NCBI GenBank assembly: GCA_003971905.1
Contig: RSEE01000081.1
Span: 186,001 to 250,000, forward strand
Direction of reading: 5' to 3'
DNA length: 64,000 nt
Source of the DNA: Moniliella sp. 'wahieum'
Lineage: Eukaryota
The translations under genes and the position numbers were made by a program. Shown here in pieces: positions 50,401 to 64,000 of the stretch (positions are counted from its first letter, which is position 1; the number at the start of each line of letters is the position of its first letter). The notes beneath the pieces were generated by a model. It was not told the origin of the DNA and searched no databases. It saw only the letters and a program-made list of their open reading frames with translations.

Positions 50401-51522
50401 CCATTAATTAAAGGAATGTAGTTCTCTCTCTATGCGAGTCCTTCGGACACGAAGAAAATCTTCATCTTCCTTCTGTTATTTGATTCGTTTGCACTGTGGT
50501 CACCGGAGAGTGCACCGTGGTCACCACTACTTCACTTGCTGCCACTGGGGATAGCGTACGTGGCCTTGGATACTAGCTTCACTGGCCACTCTCCGGCTTT
50601 AAGCGCTGTACTAATTGGGCATTCTATTGTGCGCGCTACTGTGGCGCGGGAAGAGCGAATGGCAATAGTCAATAGCAACTGGACAACTGCTTGCGATAAG
50701 CGCTACGCCCAAGCTCATAATGCTCCCTTTTCAAGACACACTTCTCCGCGCATCAAGCATCAAGCTCATCAAGCTTCAAGCTAGGTACGCCCTGGAGGAA
50801 GAAAGCGTGCCGAGCTACAATAATGAGCTAGTGAAAAAAGCGGTGCGGGGTGCGGGGTGTGGGGTGCGGGGGTGGCGCGCGCTGGCGATCGCCGAAAAGA
50901 CCAATAGATCGTTGGGCGTTGGGAGGCGTTGGGACGCGCATGGACCCCTGCGAAAACAGTTCGCACCGGCGAAGGGATGATTGATGTCACCGTGCTACTC
51001 TGCCCTGCTCTACCCTACTCAGCCACACGGAGTCACCGCGGCCGCCGTGCTCGCCCCATTGCGTATCGCCATGCGTTCGATGAGTCGCTGAGAGATCGAT
51101 GAGGGTCCGATCGGTGGTCACCGGTCACCGGTCGGCCAGCCAGGTTGGTCTGTGCTGTAGCTGCGTTCCACCGGTTTCCACCGTGTGGATTCTGGCGCCA
51201 GGCCGATGGGGGGCCAGGAGGGGGCTCCGTGCCGGCGGCCATGCAGCGTGCTGAGAAGAACGCTGGTGCTGGGGCGTCCTGGGGCGCGCGGGATGCGGCG
51301 CTGGCGAGCATGGTCCCCTCCCCCTCTGCGCGTAGCCACCAGCTGCCCCCGCAGCGGCGGCACCGTGTCTCTCCATTGCCCGCCAGCCCAGCGGGATGCA
51401 CGGACCATGTGTTTTGCACCGGGCCTCCGCCGAGATATATTCCGGCCAGAAACCGCCAGCTGTAGCCTGCGCACGACATCCCCCCCCCGCTCTCTCTTAC
51501 TCTGCACGTCCTGACTTCCACC

Positions 51523-52746
51523 ATGCCCCTCAACAACAACTCTATCCCGTCCCGGTTGCGGACGGCAACAAGTCGCTTGTCCTCGGCAAGGTTGACACCA
51601 TCTACTACGAGCAGCGCCCCGTCAAGCCCCTGGCCCCAACGAGGTCCAGGTCAACATCCGCCAGACTGGTGCGTCTTGCCCTTGCCCCCTGCCCCTCTTC
51701 GCCTCAGCACTGACCTTCGGCTCCCACCCAGGCATTTGCGGTAGCGATGTGCACTACTGGAAGCACGGCTCCATCGGCGAGTTTGTTCTCACCGCGCCCA
51801 TGGTCCTGGGCCACGAGTCGGCAGGCATTGTGACGTCGGTGGGCGCCAACGTGGACAACCTCAAGGTCGGAGACCGCGTAGCGCTGGAGCCTGGTGTTCC
51901 GTGCTTCAAGTGCGAAAACTGCTTGGGCGGACAGTACAACCAGTGCCCCAAGATGATCTTTGCTGCTACGCCGCCGTACGATGGCACGCTGGCGACGTAC
52001 TACAACCTCCACTCATCTTTTGCCCACAAGGTGCCGGACCACATGTCGCTCGAGGAGGCGTCCCTGATGGAGCCTCTGTCTGTGGCTGTGTACGCAACAG
52101 TCAACCGAGGCAAGGTGGCCCCACTGCAAAACGTGCTGGTTATTGGGGCTGGCCCGATCGGCTTGGGGTGTGCCGGTGTGGCCCGCGGTTGGGGTGCGGC
52201 GGCCGTGACGGTGGTGGACCTGATTGACGACAAACTTACCTTTGCCAAGGAGTTTGCCGCCACGCACACCTACAAGTCTTCCCGCCCGCTCGAGGGCGAG
52301 ACACCTGCGCAGGCAGCCTTGCGCAACGCCAAGGCTGCAGTGAAGGTGTCGGGCGAGGAGGTGGTTGCGAATGGCGGGTTTGATTTGGTATTGGAGTGCA
52401 CGGGTGCTCCGCCCTGTGTGGCGATGGGGATCAATGCCACCCGGCCTAAGGGCCGGTATGTCCAGGTAGGCATGGGCGTGGACAATGTGACGGTGCCGCT
52501 GGCCTATGTCAATGTGCGGGAGGTGGAGATTACGGGTTCGTTCCGATACGGGGCGGGGACGTACCGTACGGCCATTGACTTGGTCGCTTCGGGGAAGCTG
52601 CCGATCTCTAAGATTGTCACCCACCGCTTTACCTTTGATGAGGCCATCAAGGCGTTCGAGACGACGGCCGCGGGTAAAGGTCCAGATGGCCGCACGTCGG
52701 TCAAGGTGCAGATCAGCCAAGGCCCTGCTGACCCAAGTTTGCTTAG
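51523..52746 (+). CDS. Xylitol/sorbitol dehydrogenase (zinc-dependent MDR)
   Basis: GICGSDVHYW, LGHESAG, structural-zinc C..C..C...C, EPLSVAV, GAGPIG, GSFRY; intron about 51669-51732. Likely stop at 52744-52746 (…DPKFA*) if one C is missing; the raw ORF runs to 53020. Confidence 0.93.
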
Positions 52747-53209
52747 CCAACACTTCTCTTTCCTTTCTGTCTGGTGGCTTTATGTTCCCTTAAATTGTCA
52801 CCCCCTTCATGTACTTGCTAGTGCAAGCCCCTCATACCATGTTCCCCCGCTGGCGAGGCTCGAGGGTCAGATGAAGCCCTACTTATTTTTTTTGCGAGCG
52901 AAACCCGTACCAGCCGAAACTGATCAGGGACGTCTTAGTCGTGTGCACGTCAGTATTCAAGGCGGAATAGTTCCCATGCTCGAATTTCGCGTGAGGTCTG
53001 AGAGCGATCAGTCGTTTTGACAGCCAAGGGGGCATGGTCAAAGTGGATCGCTCAGGGACGATTTTGAATCTACTCACTGGTCAGTGCTCATCTTGGTCCT
53101 GCAGTGGCGTCGACAGCAGTGGGAGCTGCTAAGTCCTAGCCTTTAGGTGCGCGGGGCATATGGCAAGAATGAATTGATTTTGCGAGAATGAGAGGGTTGC
53201 TGTGGCTCC

Positions 53210-55067
53210 TTAAGCTCGTTGTAGTATGCAAATGCTCTGGGCATGGCTGTAATAGACTGGTTAGTCGAATTCATCGAGTGTGGAAGAGGAGAGACGTACC
53301 GGGTCTGCGGGAACAAGTCAGCAGCACGCAGGGAGAAGAAGGTGTAGGCTGGGTCGTGGCTGAGGAGGTAGCCAACGTCCCGAGCTTGGGCATGAATGCT
53401 GGCCGACACATAGATGACCAGTCTGGGGCGTAGCTTGAGCAGTCCTTCGAGGAAATCGTCATCGCAGCCACGCCGTGGGGGGGTAATCACTACCGTCGTC
53501 GAGTCGGGCTTAAAACTGTCGATGCGGGGCGAATGGAAATCTCCTGAGCCGGGCCCACGTGGAAACTCACTTCGCCCAAGTCGTTAGCCATTGCGCTATG
53601 CACTGCGCATTTGACGGCTCTAGGCGAAAATTCTACCCCACCACTTGCTTGAACATGGAGGCTAACGACAATGCAAACAGTCCCGGGCCACAGTAAGCGT
53701 CAATCAGGTACTGTGGCTGGACTCGCTGGTCCGCAGGAAGAGTGGACGCCAACGCACAATCTCGTGGCGTAGGTACTCGACAAAGGGGAGCAACATGGAA
53801 CGATTGGCCGGGAAAGAGTCATAGGCTGGGCCATGGACCCAGATGCTTCCGACTTTCTCGTACGTGATATCATTCTTCAAGTCGGTCAGCACTTGGGACC
53901 CATCGGTTCTTCTTGCGAAAGCGATTTCGAATCTTGGGGGTCAACGAATCGCGAAGCATTAACGGCTTTCCGGTGAGACGGAGATGGACGGTTTGCCGAG
54001 CCTCTTCGCGTACGATTGGCAAACGGTTGTTGATCGCGTCAGTGGCAACAGGACAAGCATCGATATCCAATAGTTGGCCGTCATCCCATTGAATCCAATG
54101 GGGCAGGGGTCAGGATCGGGTGGGGGGATCACAGGTTTGGATAGGTCCAAAGGCGTGTGGGTCAACTTGGCATGAAGTTTTTCCTCTTTCTGCCACTGCC
54201 GCACCACGGCAGGAACGACGAAGTGAACCTCCAGTTTGGTGCGATAGCCATATTGCTTTGGAGAAGGTAGCGTTTCGGCTGCGGGCGGGACAAGCGCAGG
54301 GTTCAACCCACTATAATTAGCGAATGCCGTGTCGACAGCATGGCGTTTCAGTTCGAGCTGTTGTGGATAGGACAACATCTGGTACTGACATCCACCGCAG
54401 GAGTGAAAGACCTCACAAGGAGGTGTCTGTGTCCGCATCTTGGATGGTACCAAGATTTGCTCGATGATAGCCACAGAGTGCATCTCCAAATTAAAGGTGA
54501 CCCGCACCATCAGCTCGTCCCGGGCAACGATTTAGGAACAAGGATGGCCCAATCATCATGCCCCGGATCGCGCGCCACGCCCATTCCGATGGTGGTGATT
54601 CTTTCGACTTTTACCCGAAGGATACTTCCGATGGGGTACACAAACTCAGTAGTTGTGCCCTTGGCCTTGCGTCGTTCCACCGCCTCTGGCCCCAAGAACT
54701 GATGCACCTCCAATATGCTTGGGTCCACAGCAAAGGCCTTGGCCCTCTTAACCGAGGCCTGTAATGCGGGTCGTCTACTAGGTTCCGGAGGAGTCAAAGG
54801 GGGCAAAGGGATGTCTTTGCGAGGAGTACCTGTGGGAACACCCACAAGTTGCATGGCGTCCAGACGATGCCCAGAGAAGGGCGAGTGGGTTTGGCGGCCC
54901 GGTTGGCGCCGGAGCACACGGGAGGCTAATTTGCTCTTATCGGGGAGCGGATGCGCTGAAGAAAGGGATGAGGAGGAGGAGGAGGAGGAGGAAGATGATG
55001 AGCATAATGCGCGGGCTTGACCCACCATGTGGGCCGGAAGAGCAGCCAATGCGCGACCGCTCGTCAT
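53210..55067 (-). CDS. TRM2: Trm2/TrmA-family RNA (uracil-5)-methyltransferase homologue with catalytic residues substituted
   Basis: TRAM-like segment, CEVFHSCGGCQYQ, PSPKQYGYRTKL, DIDACPVA, LIDAYCGPGLF, PPRRGC, IYVS..HAQARD, DLFPQT; intron 53247-53299; stop at 53210-53212. Confidence 0.88.
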
Positions 55068-55647
55068 TCCAAAGATGTTGGCGTGGAGAACAGCGAAGAG
55101 GCTCCGCTCCCTCCAGACAGGAAAAGGGTCTAACTCCGCCCCAGAGCGGAATCACTATTTATCCCGCGTTTGGTCGTGGAGGAGGCTCAGCCTGAGCCTC
55201 AGCCAGAGAGCATTGCGTATTTTTTTGTACTACACCCATGTGGATCCGCTAACAACCTACTTGGCGGCGTTCACGGGAGGGGTTGGAGGAACCACACGCG
55301 ATGACGTCTCAGTCTGTGGCGAAAGTGGTATGAGTAGTAGGGCCGCCGAACCAGGAGGAGCTAGGTTTCTTTCTCGGCATCTCGTTCATCCACCTGCAAC
55401 GAAGCTGGCGGGGCGTTGGTGTCATCACGGACTACCATTGGGCACATTGACGTCCTAAGGGATAACTTCATTCGCCTTTGGCTTCCAATCATGAAAAGCA
55501 TACACTCTTCCCTCCATGTACACGGGGTGGATAAGGATAGCTGCAGTGAGATTACCCGTCATACTCGCTGATGCTGTCCACTTTAGACCATATTAAACAC
55601 GTGGTAGAAGGGCTGGAACAATTCATTCACTCGCCGGCTTACTGTTG

Positions 55648-57223
55648 TCACTGGGACGGAGGAAGAGGCGGGAAACCGGCGGCCGACTGGGTGCGTTGAA
55701 TCGCATCACGAATCGCTTCGTTGACCGAGGCGGCGGCTTGGACACCAATGCATGGCCTCCATTCTCAACCCAAACAGGAGTGGCATGGCGCATGACCGAA
55801 ATGAGGTGGCGAGAGTTGTTTGCGTTGACCATATGGTCCCAAGTCCCGCTGATGACCGTCAGTCGCGAAACGCCGCCGGACGACAACGATTCGTCAATGG
55901 CTTGAAGGACCGAGGTCTTGACCTGGTGAGTCTGCGTCGATGAGATTGCCGCGATAGCCGCTACAGCATCAGGGCTTGGCTGAAGCCGAGCCATCACGGC
56001 GGCCCGCCAGAGCGCCACAGCATTCCAGTATGTCCAATTGGAAGTACTCTCCTCTCCTTCGGGGCCGTGCCAAAGATCTTCCTCTCTCACACCCTTTTGA
56101 CGGAGTGCCTTATTGTTGCGATTAGTGTTTCAGAGGGGGTACGGTTTAACCACTCGGGCGGGTACAGCACCTTGTTTGCGCGCTCCACCCGACTCATGGG
56201 CGTGTCACGCCCAAAATTGACTGCACGATCGAAATGGCCACCATCGCAACCCCCTTAAGAGGAGGCAATCCGGTACTAAGCTTCTTCACTGCATGGCTGG
56301 GATCCACAACAGCAGGCAAAAGTTCAACTGCTTGCACATCTGCCGCATATAGCGCGTGACCCGAAGTCGTAGAGATCAGGCATGCGGACGCTGCGACTGT
56401 TGATTCTCCCTGTACCAGGGTAATCCGGAGCAGTTCCAAGAGGATCATGCCCCCCATGGAGACTCCGGCAAATGGACCTTTTGGGAGGCGGGGGAAAAGC
56501 TGAAAGATTCGCTGGCAGGGGCAGGAGGGAGCCAGCCAACCCTTCGAAGAAAGTAGCATCAGCACGTCTTGCGCCATGAGGGTCGTCCTAGACCATGTCA
56601 GTCTGATGCAAAGTAAAAAAGGAATATGAAGAGAACATACGTATACCGCCCTCCTGGCGCCTCGGAATTGCCCCAGCCACGGTTGTCAAAGACGAGGACC
56701 GAGTACGTTTCTGGATGGCGCATGAAAACTCGACTGGGGATGTCTGTCAGATACGATGCATGGATCTCAAGGGGAAAGATAACGCACTCTGAGGAAGCCA
56801 TGCCACATGGCTTATATTCATTCCCATAATAAGGCAGATGTGCACAGGTCCATGGCCATGAATCTCATAGTACAAGCCCACCGTCTCGCCCGTAGTGATC
56901 TGTTTCGCCCCCCACAAAAAGGAGGACCAAGGCGTGATGTAAAGCGGGATGCGTGCAACCCCACGGGCGGTCCGGGTTGCCGGATTCAACAGCGAAGGAA
57001 GCACGGTCCACTCGCCTTTGCCACCGGCAGGCGTGGGGGGCAGCTCCTGGGCCCCCTCAGGGCGAGGCAGGGGCAGACCCATGACCGGAGCCGTGAATGA
57101 CGATTGGCGCAGGACAGGCTGGCTGTCCCACATGTCACGGAGGATATCGTCGTAGCTGGCACCTAGGTAGGCTGCGCCAGGCGGCGTCGGCCCGTTGAGC
57201 ACGTCCGTCGTCCAGTCGGCCAT
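55648..57223 (-). CDS. Alpha/beta hydrolase
   Basis: LYYEIHGHGP, LIMGM, VFDNRGWGNS, nucleophile elbow GVSMGG, SGTWDHMV, GGHAL (Ser-Asp-His triad); at least one intron near 56589-56643. Confidence 0.88.
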
Positions 57224-57954
57224 GGTGAGGAGGATGGGTGGTGGTACGAAACTGGCGTTGTGTGAAAGCGCCAGGACTCCGAAACGCTGAAGATTGAATG
57301 ATCGATGGTCGACGGTCGGTGGTCGGTGATCGATGATCTCTTCCGGTGCCATTGTGATAGCTGGCTGCGCTCAGCCTATGTGAATGTGAAGATTTAATAT
57401 GAACCAACTACTACGATCTTGTCTCTCGGCGTTCCCCGTTCTCCCACCCACCCCCCCTCGGGCATGCTCGGCATTCCCTGGCTTTCCCCGCTCTCTCAAC
57501 ATGGTTGAGATGGTGGAGATATCGGAGCTGCGAGGGTGGCCACGCTGTATAATAACGTCCAACGCACTCAACATTGAGTTCGACGTCTCCTACATGGAAA
57601 CCGATGTGCAAGGGGTACACCTACGGTGGAAGCTGTTGGGCAGTATAATTATTACCGCACGTCTTCTGGGTCACGCTGTTTGCATGTCCGCGCTGGCTGC
57701 CATGCAGCAGCGTTCAGGCCGAGCCCGATACTCCTACTCCATATATATACCACCTGCAGAGCTGCGACTGCGCGCAGCACTCCCGAGTCCGCTCTGCAAA
57801 GCTAACCGTAACCGTTTGTTCTCCGCGCTGGAAACTATCCATATGCTGGGCTACACAGCGCAAGTACAAGAAACGTGCATCGAGGTGGGAATGGGTGAGG
57901 ATGCCATCAAGACCACGCGTGTGCATCCCTCTAGTCAGGCGTCCGGCACAAGTT

Positions 57955-59257
<1,303 letters not shown>

Positions 59258-59506
59258 AACGTACAATGGGGACAGGGGTGGTAAGGGCGGGCGGGGTAGG
59301 AAGGGCGGAGGACGGCCAGAGTCAATCGAAATGGGCGTCTATTTTTTTCGCCCAACGGGACTCTAATAGCATAGCAGCGTAGTTTATTAGTTACCTCAGC
59401 TGCCTCCTCGAGGCCATTCCGCCCGCACGGCTTCCGCCCCTGCGCCGCACCAGGCCAACGGCAGCAGCACAGCGGGCAGGCCGCCTGGCTTCGCTTGGGC
59501 GCACCA

Positions 59507-60840
59507 ATGGCCGAGTGGGACGCTGCCCCAGCCGAGCCCGGTAGCCGCCACACCTACCCTCCCGCCACCCCCGCCCGTCCGCGCCCAAGGCCCCCTCGGC
59601 TGGAGCGCATAATCATGGCTGCCGTGCGCCTCCTGGGCCTGCTAGCCTGGATTGTGCCCCTCAACCTCCTCCCCCGTCTCTCGTTCCTCCTCCCCGGCAC
59701 ATTACAGGATGTTGCCACGCCGGACGATGCTGCCTCGGAGTACCGCCATCACCTCGAACAGTTCTGCCGCGCTTACAACCCCTCCGACCACATTGACTCC
59801 CAGCCCTCGTCGTCGGCGTCTCTGGAAGAAGAGGGGCTCCTCCGGGTCCCCCGCGTCTTGCTCCGAGGAACGTACGACGAGGCCATTAGCCGCGCCAAGC
59901 ACGATGCCAAGATCCTTATGGTTGTGCTTGAGTCTGAAGTGCATCAACACACACCCGCTTCCGCACTGAGACGCTTCTCAACCCCCACCTAGAGAGGCTG
60001 CTGGCTCAAGAAGACATCTTGCTATGGGCCGCGGATGTAGGCGGACGTGATGGAGCCCAAGGTACGTGTGATCAGCCGCGAAGATAAATGCTCTGACATG
60101 CATTTTTTCTAGTCTCTCAACTTCTTCAGGCTACAATGTACCCTTTTGTCGCCTTCATTTCCACCCAACCCAAACCCAGTCCCACCTCGGGTGTACGAAC
60201 GCGCATGGCTGTCCTATCCCGGCACGAAGGGCTGGCTGGGGTGGGGCTTGCAACCCTTTCGGAGCATATCCGCACCGTCCTTGTTCCCAGGGTCGGGGGC
60301 TATTTATCTCGCCTTCAACGAGAGCAAGCTCTGCGCAAAATCGGCGCTTCCCTCCTCGCGGACAGCCTTCTGAGCCAGCACCCCAGTATGACCCTAGCAA
60401 GAAGGCGTACCTCGCCTGGCGGCGCTGGGCGCTATCCCAGAAGGACGATGCAAGGCTACCCAAAGAGGTCGATCGAAGCGATGCTGATACGATTACATTC
60501 GTGGTGCGCTACGCCTCGGGGCACAGTAGCGTGATCTACCTCCCACAATCTGCCCCAGTCGAAGCACATTTGCTGCTGTTGAACTGGACGCTCTGCCAAC
60601 TTTGCTGTGAGCGAGCCCGTGGAAGTTGGAGAAGAGAACCCCCCCTGGCCGAAGTACAACTTTCTGTTCACTTTAACCAGTAGTCATCCCTCCCGCACCT
60701 TTACTCCTGACGAGGAGACGCTAAGCCAGCTTATCGGTACATCGGGCCTGTTAGTACAGGACGATGATGCGTCCAGTCACAATCGCGCCACCTTACTGGT
60801 GGAAGGCGCTCCGGGTTGGCACGTCGCATCGTACCCATGA
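59507..60840 (+). CDS. UAS/UBX domain protein (FAF2/Ubx3-like)
   Basis: Hydrophobic hairpin, GTYDEAISRAKHDAKILMVVL.SE.H, LLWAADV, ATMYPFVAFI, AVLSRHEG, YNFLFTLTSSHPSRTF, TLLVE; intron about 60062-60112. Confidence 0.75.
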
Positions 60841-61172
60841 CAATCGCATTAGTTACATGTTACCCATGATTCTGAACATGATGAGTGCTGCTGAAAGGGG
60901 GAATTACATGCAACAGGGTCAATCAATGCAAAGCGCGACAATTATCAGGACGGGTAGAGCCGTAGTCGATAGAGATGATGGCGGGTACGCAAAAATGTGC
61001 CTCTTGGCCGAATCGAACGACCGATCTTCTCATGTCCCAGTATTTCTACTAGTGAGATGCTTTACCACTGAGCCAAAGAGGCTTGATGCTTGGTACCATT
61101 CATCGAATAAAAAATACATAACACCTTACATAAACTTCAAACCCCCTCAGTGAGGCTGCATTTGCGCTGCGG

Positions 61173-61211
61173 GAGTGCCAAATATTTATTGCGCCATAGT
61201 AACCCTATCCT
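61173..61211 (-). promoter_or_regulatory. Putative ribosomal-protein promoter element plus telobox/Homol-E-like site
   Basis: Reverse complement GGCGCAATAAATATTTGGCACTC (61173-61195) matches 2461-2484; TAACCCTATCCT at 61200-61211. Confidence 0.55.
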
Positions 61212-61319
61212 GGCTTTTGCGACGACCGCTCCTGACCTCCTTCTCCCGACAGCCGAGTCGTGGGAAGGTAGCCTTGCCTCCCTGTCACGCCCAGCAGTCG
61301 CCAATAGTCCCTTGTGCCT

Positions 61320-61901
61320 ATGGATGCGTCCCAGAGCTTTGCGCACATTCTGCGCTTGCTCAACACCAACGTGGACGGCAGGGTCAAGATCATGTACGCT
61401 CTGACCCAAATTAAGGGTGTGGGTCGTCGCTTTGCCAACATGGTATGCAAGAAGGCCGACATTGATCTCAACAAGCGGTATGTGGTTACACCTTCTGCCC
61501 CTACTCATTCCCTGGACGTAGCAGGCGATGTATTTTCCGCCTCCGTTCTCGCCTCCCGAGTCCCTCTACCTTAGTTGTTGTGAGCATGGGCTGATCTTTT
61601 GACTCGCAGTGCTGGTGAGCTCAATTCCGATGAGCTGGAGCGTGTGGTCAACATCCTCCAGAACCCGCAGGAGTTCAAGATTCCTGACTGGTTCCTCAAC
61701 CGGCAACGGGACGTAACGACGGGCAAGTCGTCTCAGCTTGTGTCGAACAACATTGACTCGGCGCTGCGCGAGGACATTGAGCGTCTGAAGAAGATTCGTG
61801 CTCACCGTGGTATTCGTCACTACCTCCAGCTCCGTGTGCGCGGGCAACACACCAAGACGACCGGTCGTCGTGGTCGCGCCATTGCTGGCAAGAAAAAGTA
61901 A
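61320..61901 (+). CDS. RPS18: 40S ribosomal protein S18 (uS13)
   Basis: [30 protein letters not shown] (intron 61478-61609), [29 protein letters not shown]. True start is probably near 61305 (MSLVP). Confidence 0.97.
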
Positions 61902-63011
61902 CTTTCCTTGCTTTCTTACGCTTCAACGGGCTTCTGCTGTATTATTCGCATTTCCCTCGTCGAGTCACGGCTCGGTTTGGCCCTCCTATCTCGCCCACGC
62001 TGCTACGCCCATCTTCCGATACTCCCGGCCTCTGTACCCTCACACTGCATAAATGGCACATACCTCGAGAGCCCTGAGCCTGTGTTCCCTGTAGATGGCT
62101 GAACCTCAGCCCTGACCGTTGTTTTATTGCTACGGCAACTCTTGGGTCATCGGTCATCCTGCATTGGGCTGAGTTCATCGAGTTCACCTCAAATCAGTGC
62201 TCATACCGCACCATTGGAAGGGGGCGTAACTTCTTCCCTTGCGTTGCACCCCCACCGGCCTTTTTTCGCCACCAACATCAAAGTCTCTACTTTTTGGCAA
62301 ATGGGATACTGTAAAGGATTTGTATACTGTCGAAGTAATAGCGACGAAGAAACTAAAATAGTTGATGTTACGTTACAATGATTATCCGTCTGGCGGTAGA
62401 CTCTACAAAAAGTCTGATACCCAGCTCCATCCTAGCTGCATCAACTACATCAACGTCATCAAAGTCAGTGGATGAGTCGCAGAGGGAAGATCGAGATCTT
62501 GTGTCGCGCGTCGGCGCGTCAGCGCGTCAGCATCGACCGTCATCGAAATGGTACTGTCACGCTGAGTCTCAGCGCTGGCGCGGCTGATGCATCCACACGC
62601 AAGCTCTTTTATATACGCGAGTTAGAAAATGTGCCGAAATAGCCCCTTCCCTCTCTTTATCGATTATCGGATTATCGCTCTGCCACCATCGGCGGCATAA
62701 CCAAACGGCCCACACCTCTGTTGGAACTCCGATAACTATCTCCAACAATCCATATTTGATACTCTGGCACACCGGCGACATTCTCTAACTATGGTACACA
62801 GTGTGGCGAATCACCTGATCTGGGCGCCTTCGCCCGCGGCAGCGCTACTCCCGCATTGGCTCCGAAAATGGGTGGGGGTTTAAAAAAATGTATAGCGCCG
62901 TACGCCAATGAGGGTAGGTATAGGCCGCACCCATTCGCAGACGACCTCAGTTGGATCTCTCACGCAACGGTCCATTGGTCACTCGAAATACCTCGTACGG
63001 TAGGCGACCGT

Positions 63012-63054
63012 TCACCGTGAACGTTAAACGTTGAACTTCAAGCTTCAACGTTGA
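63012..63054. repeat. 7-bp periodic TNA-N4 array
   Basis: TCA-CCG-TGA-ACGT-TAA-ACGT-TGA-ACT-TCA-AGCT-TCA-ACGT-TGA. Confidence 0.8.
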
Positions 63055-64000
63055 ACGAGAGGAACACAAATGATAAATGCACAGGCCTGGGCAGCTGGGC
63101 AATTGGGGCCTCAGCCTGAGGCAGCAGAGGGGCTGTGGAGTCGAGAAGGGATCTCCGCAGTGTGCCGGCGCAACGACTTACTCTAAGGAGAGTCCCCCTG
63201 AGCTGGGGTCGCGCTGATAAAGTGCCGATAATGTGTTCTTTTCAGCCGATTTGCCGACAGCTGCTCGCTCCCCTCTCAGTAGGCTTATCTGGGCTTAGCG
63301 TTACAGCGCTGACACACGCGCCCTGGGGATGATACTGGACTCCGCAGTTACACCGCGAGAGCGAGAAGGAACCAAATCGTCTTTGTCGCACTGGATCGTT
63401 GTTTGTAACGCGGTTGTAGGCCGCTGGTGGCGCTGATGGCGTTGATGCAGCAGATGGTACCCACAGAAGAGAGACTCAGTGGCCCACACAAAATCTCTGC
63501 TGAAAAGGCTCAGCGCGCTCGGCCCAAGGTCTATAGGGGGGGGTCTCTCCCTGAGCGCCTGAGAGCCCTGAGGCCTGAGGCCGCCTGAGGCTTATGTGAC
63601 TATTGACTTGGTTATTGCTATCCGCACAGTACAGGGGGCGATGCATGTCCAACCGCCCTGATTCTGTAGCCGACGTAATTTCGTCGCTCTGTTGCAAAAA
63701 CCCGATGCTGCTGTGTGGCTACCGATACACGTGAGATACAGGGGGGAGTCAAGCTATCAAGCTATCAAGGGCTACCATACCTGCTTCTTTGAATGACAAG
63801 TGACAGGCGCAGGACTAATCATACACTACATACGCCCACTGCAGTGTTTAGGGGCTGTGGGGGCAATATAACCCCCAGCCTGTGGCGACACAATGGGGAT
63901 GGAGGTACTTCCCGCCGAATTGAGCTGCCCTATCCGTCCGCACCCACCCACCCACCACCACTTGCTCTTTTTCACCATCAAATCACTGCAGCCTCATGTC

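Noticed and set aside
1001..52746. Polyol metabolism gene cluster
   Set aside because: The two dehydrogenases are 50 kb apart and separated by unrelated housekeeping genes.
61300..61322. Non-AUG or truncated start for RPS18
   Set aside because: CCAATAGTCCCTTGTG becomes ATG-TCC-CTT-GTG (MSLV, the usual N-terminus) by removing one A, so it is likely a base-call error.
61478..61609. Intronic snoRNA in RPS18
   Set aside because: No box C (RTGATGA) or convincing H/ACA architecture is visible.
62000..64000. Short ORFs at the window end
   Set aside because: All are under 90 aa with no motifs, and the region carries lattice repeats typical of intergenic DNA here.

Overview
Eukaryotic, GC-rich fungal genomic DNA. 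Short GT-AG introns (mostly GTACGT/GTATGT donors with CTRAC branch sites), a WC-1 without a zinc finger and the protein styles point to a basidiomycete yeast, probably Ustilaginomycotina (inference). The window holds about 24 protein-coding genes, mostly housekeeping: an SDR polyol dehydrogenase, RPS11, FZO1, URB2, DUG1, BRX1, SEM1, a C2H2 factor, VPS55, a thioredoxin-like protein, the WC-1 LOV/PAS photoreceptor, a HAL-family kinase, pyruvate kinase, APC2, a metalloprotease-jacalin protein, a xylitol/sorbitol dehydrogenase, a TRM2-like gene, an alpha/beta hydrolase, MAP2, a UBX protein, RPS18 and three orphans. Almost every gene carries single-base frameshifts, best explained as unpolished long-read errors, so gene boundaries are reconstructed by eye. 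Main observations: (1) a TRM2-like m5U methyltransferase with all four catalytic residues substituted, a probable pseudoenzyme; (2) a pervasive non-coding 7-bp lattice of TGA/TCA/TAA/TTA triplets separated by interchangeable palindromic tetramers; (3) a ~23-bp element shared by the two ribosomal-protein promoters; (4) an APC2 that apparently lacks its C-terminal WHB domain. No tRNA, rRNA, CRISPR array or transposon was recognised.
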